A stretch of 64,000 bases of DNA from Eledone cirrhosa (taxonomy: Eukaryota), in assembly GCA_964016885.1 (NCBI GenBank), contig OZ024742.1, forward strand, positions 47,492,001 through 47,556,000, read 5' to 3'. The position numbers and the translations under genes were made by a program. Shown here piece after piece: positions 62,421 through 64,000 of the stretch (its first letter is position 1; each line of letters starts with the position of its first letter). Under the pieces are notes generated by a model that worked only from the letters and a program-made list of their open reading frames with translations, did no database searches and had not been told where the DNA came from.

Positions 62421-63739
62421 ACATTTCTGTTAAGATCGTCTAGTTTCATGAAACCTTAGGTAATGGAATAATTATATTGTGTTGTTTATTATATAATTAA
62501 ATAAAATCTTGAATGTGGCCGTCGACAAAGTATATACCCCAATCTCCCTCGAAATTCCTTTTATTACTTCCACTATCTACTGGGCTATGGCTACGAATTT
62601 GATATAGGTCAACACAACATACTTGAAGGGTTACCTTTCTGCTGATTTACGAGCTCAATTCCGTTGGGGATGCGCGAATGCTGAATTCGCTAATTGACAC
62701 GTGGATAGCACTTTACTCCAGTCAACATGACAGCTGGGAGAACATTTCAGGAACACATATGTCTGATGGGCACACTAGCTGAAGGACGTATGTTTTTTTT
62801 TCTGTCGGTGTCATATCACTAAATCGAATTTCATCTGAGGATACCGTTCTCAAAACAACAACAAATGCCTGAATCACATCTTGATTGCATGCAATATATT
62901 CATTTTTTATGGTTAAATGGTGAGAATTGCTACACTGGAGTTTCACCACTTACAGGATCATCAAATAAAACTAAATGTTCAATAACAGATGACTCGTGGA
63001 GGGGAATGGTATTTTTGAATGTGTGCATATGAAAAGAAAAAGGCGAAGAAAAGGGAAGTAAAGAAAGAACTAAGAGAAATAAAGAAGTTATAGACATGGT
63101 ATGTGTCATGATGATAATAATGTTGATGACAGGAGTTAGTAGGATTTTTTTATTTGACGGTTGTTTGCGTGACAATGAAGAATAGAATAAATGATATGAA
63201 GAGAAAATAAATCGGGTCGGTAAGTGGTTATATATCAATTGTTGGGGGTGAATAATGTACTTATTGAAAAATAAAATTACTTGAGAAAACAGTGGATGTG
63301 GTATATATGATAATGATGATGATGGTGATGATGATAATGAGGATGGTAAAGTTGAAATATGAATTATTAAAAATCAGTAGAATGGAAGTGGTGTTTAAAT
63401 TGTAGTAGGAGATGGACAAAATCAAATAAAACGGTTCAGTATATATTTACCTGTAGATTGTGATGGTAGGTGGGTTGGTGTATAAAGTATTTCGTGGATA
63501 ATGGATTTACTTTTGTAAACAGCAGGTGATGGTGATAACTTCAAATTAATAGGACATACAAAATGTGTTTATAATACAAGTGTTCACTTATGAATTTGAT
63601 ATTGTGTGTAGGTGTTTTCCACCTGTAATTCGAAAGTTATAAATAATTATTCACATTATGAAAGAAAGGACACACAAACAATTATATAGATTTCACTCCG
63701 AATTCATATATATATATATAAATCTCTCTCCTCCCCCTC

Positions 63740-63797
<58 letters not shown>

Positions 63798-63884
63798 TAT
63801 ATATATATATAAATTATTAAAAAAATAATGAATAAACAAAGAAACAGTTCCTTATATTAAACAAAAAAAGTTCATTATTTTACG

Positions 63885-64000
63885 ATCGTTTCTAGGACAT
63901 ATATGTGTTAGAATTGGTATGCAGATAGTTTGTATAATATTGTACATAGATCTATAGAATATGCATACCAATTCTAACACATATATGTCCTAGAAACGAT
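63885..64000. repeat. Fold-back element cut by the window edge
   Basis: ATCGTTTCTAGGACATATATGTGTTAGAATTGGTATGCA is the reverse complement of 63962-64000. Confidence 0.7.

Noticed and set aside
62500-63240. Short ORFs 62722-62949 and 62930-63238
   Set aside because: No recognisable domain or splice structure

Overview
AT-rich eukaryotic (animal) non-genic DNA. The microsatellite load and SINE style suggest an octopus/cephalopod genome, but that is inference only. No host protein-coding gene is recognisable; nearly all short ORFs are translations of (TA)n, (CA)n, (GA)n, (TAA)n and (TATG)n tracts. The window is a nest of transposable elements, most inserted in microsatellites: a near-complete but disabled Penelope-like element (Naiad-type RT + GIY-YIG, 38351-42550) with derivatives, a CR1/L2-type LINE, an R4/Dong LINE, several Tx1/L1-clade LINEs (one with an intact 1124-aa ORF2), tRNA-derived SINEs, a ~600-bp RTE-derived non-autonomous element in six copies, Helitron-like elements and a hAT-like MITE. 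The most striking unexplained structure is a set of about a dozen non-coding fold-back (inverted-repeat) elements from several unrelated sequence families. Most abut (TA)n, many carry a one-sided tail, and many carry hammerhead ribozyme cores (several canonical) on one or both arms.
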